A stretch of DNA of 64,000 nt from Laetmonice hystrix (lineage: Eukaryota): the NCBI GenBank assembly GCA_965235115.1, contig OZ249436.1:35590001-35654000 (forward strand), in the 5' to 3' direction. The translations under genes were made by a program, and so were the position numbers. Of this stretch, positions 1-13,000 are shown piece by piece. Each line of letters begins with the position of its first letter. The first letter of the stretch is position 1. Below the pieces are notes generated by a model, which was not told the origin of the DNA, did no database searches, and saw only the letters and a list, made by a program, of their open reading frames with translations.

Positions 1-25
1 ACAAGGTATAGGCCTACGGTAAAGG

Positions 26-213
26 CAGTGGCGGATCCGGAGGGAAGGGGATACGGGGGCTGCCCCCCCCCCCCCCCCGTTTCGAAGTAATCTTTCTTTT
101 TTTTCTGCCTGAAAGGTTCAAACCAAACATACACAACCCCCTGCCAACACCCATAACACCCCCACCCCCCCCCACCCCCACCCCCGGTTAGAGCAAACCC
201 GGATCCGCCCCTG
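26..213. mobile_element. MITE with CAGTGGCGGATCC-type TIRs (hAT-like) in P450 intron 9
   Basis: cagtggcggatccgg ... ccggatccgcccctg inverted termini around a C-rich core. Copies at 11147-11328, 22878-23060 and 34599-34781; related element at 50342-50491. No clear TSD. Confidence 0.65.
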
Positions 214-294
214 CAAGAGTAAACTAAAGAGGGTCTAGATCTATATTTGGACGTGTATAGGGCGTTTCATCCGCGATATCTGTCTAACTTACAG

Positions 295-2022
295 GGCTCT
301 CAACGACTGAGATTCTTGCCAACGCTATCCTGTTCTTTATCGCTGGCTACGACACGACTGCCTCGGCAGTTTGTATGCTCCTGTACAACTTGGCCCTGAA
401 CGACGACTGCCAACAGCAACTCCTACAGGAGATTGATAGCGTTGTGGGAGAGAACGTATGTAATACTGTGTATACATGCGTGACGTACAGACGAGATCAA
501 TGGACAGAAGGGGCGCGGAAAGAAATATTCAACTCCTACTTCTCTTTGTGCATGCGTACATAATATTTCTGGCGGCCTCGGTCCCATGTAACGAGAAACG
601 TTTTTAGCGTCTAGCTTCAGCCCGACATGAGCTTGGGCACATTAAATACACCTGTACATAACCTACGATAAAACAGGACAACAAAGTCAATATACCAAGA
701 CTATAGTCTATCTGCCGAAAGTCCATGGTACGGGGTTAAATCCTTGTCATTTTTTCATTAGGACCTGATCACCTATGACATGTTGTCTGAGATGCCGTAC
801 CTGGACCAATGCATTTCGGAGTCCCTGCGCCTTTTCCCGCCTTTGGTTAGGTAAGTATAGCTAGATTGGGATAGGGAATATAGGTACTAATATATAAAGA
901 TGTAATTTAACGTGGGCTTCTGGCTAAATGCTTGTCCATTCGCATCCTGGGCAACAGCAATATTCTAAATTCAACATGTTCTTGGACTATAGAGGAGAAG
1001 TAGGCTAAACGTTCGTGAAACCTATCACTCATACCGTTTGTTTATATTTGAGAACATTTAAGGTTATTTTTTGACAGGGCCGATCGTGAGGCCAAGCGAG
1101 ACGTCACCATCAATGGGGTCCACATCAAGAAAGGCATGGTTGTAATGATCCCAATATTTGGCATTCACCATGACCCCAAAAAATGGCCAAACCCCCTAAA
1201 GTTTGACCCAACACGGTATGTGGACCCATTAAAACCTATTACTCTATTTCACATTATGAATACGGCCTATGATAGAACTTTAGTAGATCCAGGATTTTTT
1301 AAGGGGTGTGGACCTTTCATATAAGAAAAAAGGGGAAACTGGTGTTGAAAGGGGGTTGAACCCTGCTGGAGCCGCCCTTAGAAAGAGAACATTCTGTCTA
1401 GCCCTTCATGTCCTGATATGCATGAGAAAAACAAATCCAGTGAACAAACCTACAGCCTACAAACTTATAGGTATAGGGCCTAGAAGTAATACTTTATGTA
1501 CATGCGTTCGAATAATAAGCTACAACTTTACATTTTTAGATTTTCGCCGGAGAACAAAGCAGGCCGGAATCCTTTCCATTTCTTCCCGTTTGGAATGGGC
1601 CCTCGGAACTGTATTGGAATGCGGCTTGCCCTGGCCGAGTTAAAGATTGCCATGGTTCATGTCTTACGGAAAGTCAAGGTCACACCAGCTACAGACACGC
1701 CGGTAGGTTTCACGGCTCCCCCCACAAAGGTGGCGGCAAGCAAATTTGAGAACTTTGAAAGTATTTATTGGCAATTGTCGCATGTCACTTGTGAAATTCT
1801 CCTGCTTTGCATGCATGCCTTAATAGTCAACAGTTTGATTCCTCGCTCATATACACTATTATGTCTAGGCTATATAGAGCATAATAGTGAACCATTGTGG
1901 GCTCTTTTAACTGTGTCTCTTTGCCGGTGATGCAGTCGCGGGTGAAATTCACTGTGGCACTACTTCTCACTCCCGCTTCGCCCATCAAGCTCAACGTTGA
2001 GGCCAGGAAGAAATCAAACTGA
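295..2022 (+). CDS. Cytochrome P450, CYP3 clan, copy 1 (partial: exons 10-14; the 5' part lies left of the window)
   Basis: GT-AG exons 295-455, 762-850, 1078-1215, 1540-1702 and 1936-2022 splice in frame. Motifs: I-helix AGYDTT, K-helix ESLR, meander FDPTRF, heme loop FGMGPRNCIG. Stop TGA at 2020-2022. Confidence 0.93.
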
Positions 2023-2270
2023 CACGCTACACTGGACAATCGAGGCTTCCTTGACCTGAATAATGAGACATGGCCTGCTAATACTGACAGGCCGAGAGTT
2101 ACTCGGGCACGATGGTACCATAACCAGCATTTTATATATACCCACTTTAGGTTAGAAGACAGTAATCCAGCCAAGGACATGTAAACATCTCTAACAACCG
2201 TTAGTATATATATTCTGAGCCAATTATGTCAATAAGTCTTTCTTGACTAAGTGGACATTATCTTTCACAT

Positions 2271-2666
2271 TGAAGAAAACCGCCCATTCGAAGTGTTGAA
2301 TGCGCGGCTTTCAACAGCCAGAAAACAGAGCGAGATCCTACTTGTTTGGTAGCTGGCTATGATCTACCGAGCGTTTATTTTACAGTATATATTAAAGTAT
2401 AGTGGTCGGACCGCCGGCAGGCAGCTCCTCCCCTCTTTAGATGGCGGCGTTAGAATTTAATTGGCGTTATCTGCCACACCGCCTCTGCAGAGATCAGGAT
2501 AAGCCAGCCTGGCGAGAAGCACATCCGGCGTCCGGCCATGAAGTACATTTCTAGAAACAACTCTACACATATTAGTGGTCAATAATAAATGTTATAATAA
2601 AGATACTTAATAAATATTACATTAAAGATGCATAATCAATATCTGAACGTCCTTCTATTTTCTACA
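2271..2666 (-). mobile_element. Solo LTR (396 bp), Gypsy-like 4-bp TSD
   Basis: Ends TGAAGAAAA...TTTTCTACA (TG..CA, imperfect short inverted termini), flanked by ACAT/ACAT at 2267-2270 and 2667-2670. The empty site with a single ACAT is seen behind copy 4 (37272-37275). Orientation is inferred from a minus-strand AATAAA about 100 bp from the end. Confidence 0.75.
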
Positions 2667-2863
2667 ACATGTACTATACCGCATGGGAAAGTAGAAAGGA
2701 ATACAGACAATTCACAAATAAAGAACCTTGGAACTATTTTATTTTTGTGTACGGGGCCATATGTTGCGGTCGCAAAACGGGAATAGACATAGACCTACTC
2801 TACTTCTACGTCTATGGGAATAGACACCAGATGGCAGTGCGTAGAAAGTAGTCCGTACAATCA

Positions 2864-3827
2864 GTGCGATATCGGTTTTTATCAGCACAGTTGCAAAGCC
2901 GCTCACATCAACGAATGTCACCATTATCACATGCAGTCCCACAACCACTTTGCCATATAATAAACATACATACGTATATAGGCCTATTAAACGACGTTGT
3001 GAGGTTACTGTATTGTACAACAATGCTGATTTTTCCTTTCATGGTAAAGAAACGCGTGTTAGAGTCAGCTTTATTATCTGCCATTTTGTACAGCTCCGAT
3101 GCCTGGCTCACAACTAACCTCAAGACTGCAGAAACCATGTATCACTCTGTGATAACTTATGCAAAAGGTCACATACGCGAGCGGCAAAATACATTAATGA
3201 ACAAGTGGCTGAGCGAAACCCCATTGGCAGTGACAGCCAAACTTCAACAGCGAGTTGGCAACAGTACACGAACAAAATTTAAGTCGTACTTTGAGGAGAT
3301 CAATCCACAGCTTTCAGTGAACCATATATATCTTGACGATTTCAATAACATTCCCGAGAGGCATCGCGTTGTAGTTTATACTAGACTGAGAAATACATCA
3401 CATTACTTGGCAATAGAGACTATAGTAGGTGGAGCCGCATCCTCCCATGGGGTGTGCTCCTGTGGCGAGCTACAAACAGAACGCCAAGTTATTTGTTGTT
3501 GTCCATTAACTGCCAATGTACGTCGAAAGTATAACGATTTTAACTTTACAGACCTGCCTGAAGTTTTCAGCTATCCGGACGGCCCCGTTATGTGTGCTGC
3601 CGTTACGGAATCATATAACGCTGTAACGAAAAGTTAGAGTTTACGTCCCCGAGTTTTCGTTTTGTGATGACCCGCTGGTCATGTCATTTCGTCTATTACC
3701 GGACCTGACCCTGAATTCATATGTGTGCTTTATGTCCCTTATATGTCTGTTTTTGGTTCCGTTTTGTATCCTGCTTTTGCCTGGGTTTAGTCAATAAAGT
3801 TTACTTACTTTCTTACTTCCTTACTTC

Positions 3828-3870
<43 letters not shown>
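2864..3870 (+). mobile_element. 5'-truncated, decayed non-LTR retrotransposon 3' end (ORF2 C-terminus, 3' UTR, (TTAC)n tail)
   Basis: ORF 2864-3637 contains ILYSSDAW, KFKSY..INP, TRLR..SHYLAIET and CSCGELQTE..VICCCP, typical of LINE ORF2 C-termini. AATAAA at about 3793 is followed directly by the (TTAC)n tail at 3801-3870. The 5' boundary is approximate. Confidence 0.75.
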
Positions 3871-3871
<1 letters not shown>

Positions 3872-5124
3872 TTCAACCGTGCGTTTGACTTGTCTGTGAA
3901 AGTCTATAGCCTACAACAGCTTCAACAGCGGTCTTGATCATCAAACAGCGAAGCGACCGGAAGTTGGGCCGAGGTTTTCCGAATGCATCAAGACCCTAAC
4001 GGCCCCAGCCACACAGTCAGATACAATCTCCCATAATGCAAAGGGGTTTGCTTCGCATACCGCTCTGCCACACATGCCTTTTACAGGCGAAATCGGGCCC
4101 CTAAGCGTTTAACCCCGTTCTATCAAAGTCGGCCGTGCTGTATGGTATCTGTAAAACTTAACGTACCTCTAAACCCCAAAACCGAAAGTATACCAATTAA
4201 ATGACATTCACCGTACAAGAGAAATACCTGATCAAATATTAGGAACTACATTTGCGGAGGGAAATCAGCTAGTCGCAAGTCGGTCGGGGCAATTTCGGGA
4301 TGATTCGAAATACTTCGGGTGTTTCGGACTACTTTCGGACTAGGTACTTCTGCAGATGATTTCTCCGAATATTTAAATGTTTGTGTGGCATCATATTTTG
4401 AGAGTCTGTGCTTAAAAAGTAAACAAGAGTGCCTCAGCTAATTATAACCAGGAAGCAGCGGTCGAGCAGCCATGATTCGAGCTCGACAATGTTCGGCTGT
4501 TCCGGTCGGGGATTTCTAGGTCAGGTCAGGGGTCACTCAAACGGTTACCCAGTGTGTGGCAGCGATTGAACGAAGAGAACGATCTCTGTCCCGAGACTCT
4601 GGTGCATTTCAATAAAGCCCAAAGATATCTTTGAAAACCTCGCTGGAGCCAGGTGCAAGGTTTTTATTGAAACACTGTATTACCGTGGCCCAGAAGTATC
4701 ATCATTGTTTTTTCTGCATTTAATTTTGATTTTTTTTAACATTTGATTGTAGATGAATTTGATGATGAATAATCCACAGTCTCTAAACCAACACGTTGGT
4801 GGCGAAGGGGTCGGTGGTAGGATTCAGTGCATCAAGGACACTCCGTTCACTTCGATGATCCATTGAAAGTGAGACCGACGTTGGGTGATTTTCGTTGGGT
4901 TCCAAACTGACCGCAAGATGGCGTGTGTGAAGTTACCAGCAGGTGGAGCTAGTTCAAAGCGATTGAAACTATTATTCATTTACTCAATCAACTTATATTA
5001 CCGTGATTGAGAGACTCGAAATAATGGAGTTCCCTCTTTTCCGCGTGGCGGCAGCACTATCGCCTGCGAGTCTCCCAATTGTGCTACTCTGTATGTATCC
5101 CTAAAAGCGCTTTTCCTCTTTAAG

Positions 5125-5751
5125 CTTCTGCTATAGGCGCTATAAGCTTCTTATCGGTTCCTTTGACACGTGCCATAATGTCAAAGTTGGTCAGCCTTGA
5201 TGAACAAGGTAATCATCTCTGTCCTTATTAACATAGCCTTATAACTGTAACTTTATTTTTTTAATTAATTAACCGATGTACCAGCAAATCTTACTTGTGT
5301 TTGTCTTATTCTAAAGGTGCTTTATTCGGAGTTATGACATGCGCCAACAACGCTGCGACTCTGGTGAGCAGTTTGGCAGTCAACCAGCTCTACAGCGCCA
5401 CCCTGCTTGTCATGCGTGGGTTCATCTTCATGACGGGTGCGATATGTGGCACCATCAGCGTAGGCCTTCTCATGTACGTCCCCGGACCATCGATGTCAGC
5501 ATTAATCTGACAGAGAAAGCACTTTCTGTCATCAGTAATAGACCTACCAGCGTAGATAGTTTCTCATGGTGACAGCGCGGTCAGGGATGGATCATGAATC
5601 TCGTTAATGTACAAAATGTGCATGAATGAAGTTAGTCTTCCTTCAGAGGTTAAAGCTGTTCTCTGTTTTTTTTTTCAGATTATATATCTGGAAGACACGC
5701 TCAGGGGGAAAACGCACTCTCCGCAACAGAAAAGCTTTAAACGATAACTAG
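5125..5751 (+). pseudogene. Orphan 3' exons of an SLC46/PCFT-like MFS transporter (unit 1, three exons)
   Basis: Exons 5125-5208 (84 nt, SAIGAISFLSVPLTRAIMSKLVSLDEQG), 5317-5473 (157 nt, ALFGVMTCANNAATLVSSLAVNQLYSATLLVMRGFIFMTGAICGTISVGLL) and 5679-5751 (ends TAG) splice in frame. R..MSKLV...EQGALF....N.LY.AT is the SLC46 C-terminal signature. No 5' exons are present in the unit. Confidence 0.82.
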
Positions 5752-5854
5752 TGTGGTCCTGTCCATACGAAAGAATACGTGTACGGTATTTAAATGAGGT
5801 ATTATGACATGTGAAAACATAGAATAGGGTCGCAGTGTCGGTACATACAGTGTT

Positions 5855-5859
5855 CTTTT

Positions 5860-5918
<59 letters not shown>

Positions 5919-5932
5919 CTCTTTCTTTCTTT
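5855..5932. repeat. (CTTT)n microsatellite
   Basis: Read directly; shorter versions at about 17595-17663 and 29320-29384. Confidence 0.95.
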
Positions 5933-6965
5933 CGTTTGGACGACGGAACATTTTAACAAATGGGATTCTGTTATATTATACCTGTTTGCTTATAAATTAT
6001 TAGCCAGTGTGAATTCTGACAGCATATTGTAACGGTCAAGACCTGGCATCTATTTTTAGGCATTACAACTTCCGTCCATCATGGCAGAGCACAGTTATTT
6101 TTAGCTGATGACGTCCTTCCCACCTTGATTCATCTTTTTGCATATTACAAGACAGTGGTCTAAATAGGCCTACTTTTGGTTTTATTGTGGTTTATTCGTT
6201 CGGTTAGTTTTACACAATGTTGAGTAGATATATAATGCGTTCTGGTGACAGCCACGGTTATATAACTTGCAGTGTGTGACTGGGTGCGTCCCAGATTTTG
6301 AACTCGTGCACTTGATTTGTGTACTACGATATGTTCAGGGAACGGCTTCTAAGAACCGTTATACGATTTGTATACTCGTTGACTGACTAATTAAATGTGT
6401 AAACTGCACCACTCTTTGAGTCCTCAGTTTTCTATAGTGTTAATGCCATCCAGTGATCGTTCCCCCGCTGCCCGCCCCCCACGCATAACGAAGTACTATT
6501 CGAACACAACGGAGAAGTACGAGATGACATGTATGCAATGGCCGTTTGTTGTTGGGTATATGAAGGATTCTTTATTATTTCACAGCTAAACACTCCACCA
6601 AACGCCAAAGAACCGTTGCAACATTCTGACAGAGATACAACCGCCACCACATAAGAGTTAGATACTGTTGAGACTAACGGTAGGGTACTTTATGTGTCGC
6701 GAGCGGGAACACACACAGGTCTGGTATCATCCCGCTAGCCTCCCACCCGCTAGACCCCCGTTTAGCGGGCGGGGGGGGGGGGGGCTAGCGGGGGTAATCC
6801 GTAGGTCTATATAATGCAGGCCTATATATAGGCACATTACTGAGTCAGTCGCGGCAAATATACGTATACATACCCTTTGGATGGTCAGCCAGAATGAGGG
6901 AGGAGAACTGAAAGCGCCGCGTCAACCTATAATAGACCTGAGAGCCTTTCCAGGAGCTGTTTGTT

Positions 6966-6972
6966 TATATAA
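6966..6972 (+). promoter_or_regulatory. Candidate TATA box of the P450
   Basis: TATATAA about 50 bp upstream of the ATG at 7017; same site at 18697-18703 and 30417-30423. An AP-1-like TGAGTCA lies at 6841-6847. Confidence 0.55.
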
Positions 6973-7016
6973 GAAATCTTCGCTGAGTTAACCGGCCAAC
7001 ACTGACGGCGATCAAC

Positions 7017-10000
7017 ATGTTGCTGTTGGGCATTGTGGAAATCCCGCTATGGGTCATCCTGGGATGCCTCGCCATCACGATATTCCTCGTGTAAGTAGAG
7101 CACTGACCTATAAACTTTATATTCCCCTAGCCTTGTATGGCGAGCCTTGTATACCCGATCAGTAGGTCAATATATCTATTACTTGGAGACTGAATATACA
7201 CACATATCACGTATATACGAAACACTGCTTCATGCTATAGCTGCTTCGATTTGCTTCGAGTTCAAATACAGTCAATCCTCATTACAATGTAGGCCTATCT
7301 CTCCGACACCTTGAAATAAAGCCGAAAAAAAGTGATCTCTCACCTAATTTTTCTCCGGAGACGGGCGAGCAATGGAGTTTTTAGAAATAGTTTCAGAAGA
7401 GAAGAGGGTGCTTCATCACAGATATGTAATATTGTCCCAATGGGCCACCGATTACCCACCAAACGGTGGGCCTCCTTCTAATTGTTTTCCATCATGCTTG
7501 AAAAGGCCTAGTCTGACTTGGTGCAAGTGGTCTTTTAGGGGTTTTTGATAAAATGGACCATTAGTTCTCTATATCATTGGTCACATCGGAGTGGTTCAAC
7601 CACCAAACTGAAGCATGATTAGTTACTCCTTCGCGATAAGTATAGCTTTGCTTATTTTTCAAAATTTCATACATATGGCATACAATGGGTATATACACAA
7701 AGTATAGGTTTGACTGTAGTCCTTCCCCCTCCCCTCAATGTGTACGGGCATATACACATATACACTCGCAATTTGTAGGCTAAATTAAAGCAGAGAACAT
7801 ACAGTTTAGTCTAAAAATGAGAATTCTCGACATATCGTGCAATGCTCTGACAATAAGCATTCGGTCAGATATTCATGTATAGGTCTCTTTCTTTTTTACA
7901 GTTACAATACGTGGCACTTCAACTTCTTCCGCAAACAGGGCATCCCGGGAGATCGGCCATGGCCAATCATCGGAAATATTTCATTTAGGGGCGATCGCGT
8001 CAAGGTACAGATCAAAAATAGAGTCTACTGATTGAAATGGGCAATAATCAGATCGGGACATATCCAGTGCATGCCACCTGTGCTTTAAATTGTCATGTGG
8101 TTAAACGTAGGGGCCTATACCACATAATGTAGGCTTATCGTTTCAAATTGGCATCATGGGCGACCTGTTTTTTTATCACAGCCGAACGTGATTGGTTGAA
8201 ATGATTGACTCTAAATACTGCCCCCTCTTTACATCCATATCCTCGCATATTATATAGGAATGAAATTATTTTAAAGAAGCAGGGTGTCAAAATGAATGGT
8301 AATGAAATCCAACCGCTATAATTCCAGGAGTACCCGTACATGGAGACCGAAATTCAGGAGAAACATGGGGACATATTTGCGTAGGTATAGTCCTACTGTA
8401 ACCTCACTCGAATCCCGTACTTTGAACCACTGGGCGTGACCTAGAAACCTAGTAGGCCTATGAGAGGGCCCCTAGCTGCTATGTATGCAACACACATCTT
8501 TGGATAGAAGTTTATCCAATAAGCCGGTCGGCCGGCCCGCCGGTCCGTAATGCCGATTCCGAAAATGCATAGGTGTATAGTTGGGCCCATTACAATGAGT
8601 GTAGACATCAATAAGGTACATAATATATCAGCACATACAAATATATCGCAAAATGGTTTCCGATTTTTGTTAACTATGGCCTATAGGCCTACACAAAGGT
8701 GAAGGAAACTATAGGCAAGGATGGGTATTGTCATCTCTTATCCATTGCAGAGAATTCATCGGCCGTATTCCCTGCCTTGTAGTGCACGATGAGAGCTTTC
8801 TATCGGAAGTTTTGGTCAAGAGTTTCCCGGACTTTTGTGATCGATCGGTGAGTGGAAACTACTATAATCTTCAGTCCAGGCCCAGGTTTTAGAAAGCCTC
8901 AAAGCAGCAAACTTGAAGCTAAGCAGGACTACGGTGGCCCATGAGGACAAGGACCTTAACTTTCTACATTGATTTTCATAGATATTTCACGGCAATGGCA
9001 ATATCACCACGGATAAATTATTATCAATATGAAAATATCGATGAAAATAGATCTAGAAAGTTATAAACAATAAAGATCTATATTCCTGGGTTGCCGTATA
9101 GCTCTGCTTAGCTTAAAGCTTGCTGCTTACAGCCTTTCTGAAACCGTGGCCAGATTGTAAACGATATCATTTTCAACCCTTTTCATTCCATAGATTAACG
9201 CATAAATGCATGGAAAATAGGTAACTTTTCCAACAACAACAAAAACGAAGTTAAGCACATTTTAATGAGTTCAACTTTCAGAGTGTACTCAACGGAGACG
9301 AAGTGAGTGATGCTATGCTACTCAACAGTATGGGAGAAAGATGGAAGCGCATGCGCAGTTATATGACCCCAACATTCAGCACTGGTAAACTAAAACAGGT
9401 GAATATCTGTTTCAATCTCATTTCACCAATACAAGTGGTGCATGGAAAGTATCTCAACACTACGATAAGCACTCATTTACACTGGACATCCTGGCATGCT
9501 TGAAACTAAGGAGGCTAATGAGGTTTTCATTTTAGGTGAGAAAACAGGTCTTATTAAAATTGGTGAATTGGGGGTGGGGGGGGGGGTCATAGATATATCC
9601 ATTCCAAACACCTCTCCCATGAGGATAATATACGTTTCAGATGATCCCCGAGATCAACCGGTGTGCTCGGCAGTTGGCCAACAACCTGGCGAAAGAGGCC
9701 GAAAAGGGAGAAACTCTAGACATGCGTGGGTAAGTATTTGGAACTTCAGTAAAACCCTTATAGCCATTATAATGTAGCAGTCTAATAATAAATGAGTCTA
9801 TCTCGCTCACAAATGTCATTGTTAGTTTCTTCTGTTCAAATCCGTAATTAATTATGTAGGCTATGTATTAATCTAATTTGTGTGCAGTTTGACTGGCGCC
9901 TTTTCCATGGATGTCATCGCCAGCACGGCGTTCGGCATGCGGGTGGACTCTCAGAACGATGCCGACAGTGTATTTGTCCAGAAGGCCAAACGCGGCTTTA

Positions 10001-13000
10001 GTCGGTCAATGTTCAACCCTCTCTATCTTCTGGCCTGTAAGGGAATTTGTCTGCTTCAACAGCCATAATACATGATCTAGTATTTCTCTTCTCAGACCGC
10101 CACAAGACAACATTTAGAAACAGATGTTGCTTTTTTATTTAACATCGCAGAGGACGGATATTCTGACATTTTTCTTCATATTTTTCTATAAGCCTATATT
10201 TGAAGTTCAATTCCATTTCATGGAAAGTATTGGTTTAACCCATTAAACTCTATGCATAGATCAATTTGTAATACCCCCCCCCCCCCCAAAAAAAAAGGAA
10301 CAGAAAGCTGGCCTATTGATTTCTTATTACTAGATTCATTAGGCCTAACTATCACCTAGCGGGACACAAAGTAGGCTAACCATGCCCAACATTATGTTTG
10401 TAGTTTTCCTCCCGGCCGCCGTTCCACTGGCAACGAAGTTGGGTCTGAACAGCTTTTTGCCTCGTGACGTCATGGATTTCTTTAGGGACGTAACCCTAAA
10501 AGCAATGGAAGCTCGTAAGACCAACCAAGATCAGGTAATAGGCCTATTATACACATAAAAATAGAATCAACGTCATGACAGATTGGTCCAGACACGTGTA
10601 GATCTATTTATTTAGCAAATGTTGGACGGCAGCGAGTCCACTATACAGTTTACGGGACTTCGAAAAGCGATAATGGCTTCGGCTTCGCCTCGCCGCACTT
10701 TTCTTCGTCCCGTAAACTAAGTCCTATAGTGGACTCACCGCCATACAACATTTGTAGGCCTATCATATAATCGAAAGGGGCCGTCCATCACTTAGGCTAC
10801 GTAACGCGAAATTTTGACCAAACTACATAATGTATGGATCAGGTTGAGCACTGTAGTCTCATATTCTCATAAGGGTGATGTTGATCATGTAGATTTACAA
10901 TCTTTTTGTCTCGTGTATTTCTTTGCAAAGAGTCGTACCGATTTCCTACAATTAGTGATGAACGTTGAGCGGGATGAGAACGTACAGGCAGTGCCAGACA
11001 CCGGCCATGACAAGGACGTAACGAAACCAACTAAAGGTACAACTGTGCTCATTGTCCGCATCTCTCTGCACACCTGAAAGGCCGGAAATTAATACCACGT
11101 TCATTTCGTTCAAACTCTAGCACAAGGTATAGGCCTACGGTAAAGGCAGTGGCGGATCCGGAGGGAAGGGGATACGGGGGTTGCCCCCCCCCCCCGTTTC
11201 GAAGTAATCTTTCTTTTTTTTCTGCCTGAAAGGTTCAAACCAAACATACACAACCCCCTGCCAACACCCATAACACCCCCACCCCCCCACCCCCACCCCC
11301 GGTTAGAGCAAACCCGGATCCGCCCCTGCAAGAGTAAACTAAGGAGAGTCTAGATCTATATTTGGACGTGTATAGGGCGTTTCATCCGCGATATCTGTCT
11401 AACTTACAGGGCTCTCAACGACTGAGATTCTTGCCAACGCTATCCTGTTCTTTATCGCTGGCTACGACACGACTGCCTCGGCAGTTTGTATGCTCCTGTA
11501 CAACTTGGCCCTGAACGACGACTGCCAACAGCAACTCCTACAGGAGATTGATAGCGTTGTGGGAGAGAACGTATGTAATACTGTGTAAACATGCGTGACG
11601 TACAGACGAGATCAATGGACAGAAGGGGCGCGGAAAGAAATATTCAGCTCCTACTTCTCTTTGTGCATGCGTACATAATATTTCTGGTGGCCTCGGTCCC
11701 ATGTAACGAGAAACGTTTTTAGCGTCTAGCTTCAGCCCGACATGAGCTTGGGCACATTAAATACACCTGTACATAACCTACGATAAAACAGGACAAAAAA
11801 GTCAATATACCAAGACTATAGTCTATCTGCCGAAAGTCCATGGTACGGGGTTAAATCCTTGTCATTTTTTCATTAGGACCTGATCACCTATGACATGTTG
11901 TCTGAGATGCCGTACCTGGACCAATGCATTTCGGAGTCCCTGCGCCTTTTCCCGCCTTTGGTTAGGTAAGTATAGCTAGATTGGGATAGGGAATATAGGT
12001 ACTAATATATAAAGATGTAATTTAACGTGGGCTTCTGGCTAAATGCTTGTCCATTCGCATCCTGGGCAACAGCAATATTCTAAATTCAACATGTTCTTGG
12101 ACTATAGAGGAGAAGTAGGCTAAACGTTCGTGAAACCTATCACTCATACCGTTTGTTTATATTTGAGAACATTTAAGGTTATTTTTTGACAGGGCCGATC
12201 GTGAGGCCAAGCGAGACGTCACCATCAATGGGGTCCACATCAAGAAAGGCATGGTTGTAATGATCCCAATATTTGGCATTCACCATGACCCCAAAAAATG
12301 GCCAAACCCCCTAAAGTTTGACCCAACACGGTATGTGGACCCATTAAAACCTATTACTCTATTTCACATTATGAATACGGCCTATGATAGAACTTTAGTA
12401 GATCCAGGATTTTTTAAGGGGTGTGGACCTTTCATATAAGAAAAAAGGGGAAACTGGTGTTGAAAGGGGGTTGAACCCTGCTGGAGCCGCCCTTAGAAAG
12501 AGAACATTCTGTCTAGCCCTTCATGTCCTGATATGCATGAGAAAAACAAATCCAGTGAACAAACCTACAGCCTACAAACTTATAGGTATAGGGCCTAGAA
12601 GTAATACTTTATGTACATGCGTTCGAATAATAAGCTACAACTTTACATTTTTAGATTTTCGCCGAAGAACAAAGCAGGCCGGAATCCTTTCCATTTCTTC
12701 CCGTTTGGAATGGGCCCTCGGAACTGTATTGGAATGCGGCTTGCCCTGGCCGAGTTAAAGATTGCCATGGTTCATGTCTTACGGAAAGTCAAGGTCACAC
12801 CAGCTACAGACACGCCGGTAGGTTTCACGGCTCCCCCCACAAAGGTGGCGGCAAGCAAATTTGAGAACTTTGAAAGTATTTATTGGCAATTGTCGCATGT
12901 CACTTGTGAAATTCTCCTGCTTTGCATGCATGCCTTAATAGTCAACAGTTTGATTCCTCGCTCATATACACTATTATGTCTAGGCTATATAGAGCATAAT

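Noticed and set aside
2864..3637. 257-aa ORF as a host gene (three copies)
   Set aside because: It has LINE ORF2 C-terminal motifs, a (TTAC)n tail and a GTG start, and is frameshifted in the fourth copy.
3900..4990. Possible gene or element in the spacer between the LINE tail and the SLC46 exons
   Set aside because: No ORF, splice pattern or termini that I could support; left unannotated.
5675..6032. Lys/Glu/Arg-rich and Phe/Leu/Ser-rich ORFs
   Set aside because: Translations of the (CTTT)n microsatellite.
6478..6486. Xenobiotic response element core (CACGCA) upstream of the P450
   Set aside because: A single short match is expected by chance; no cluster was seen.
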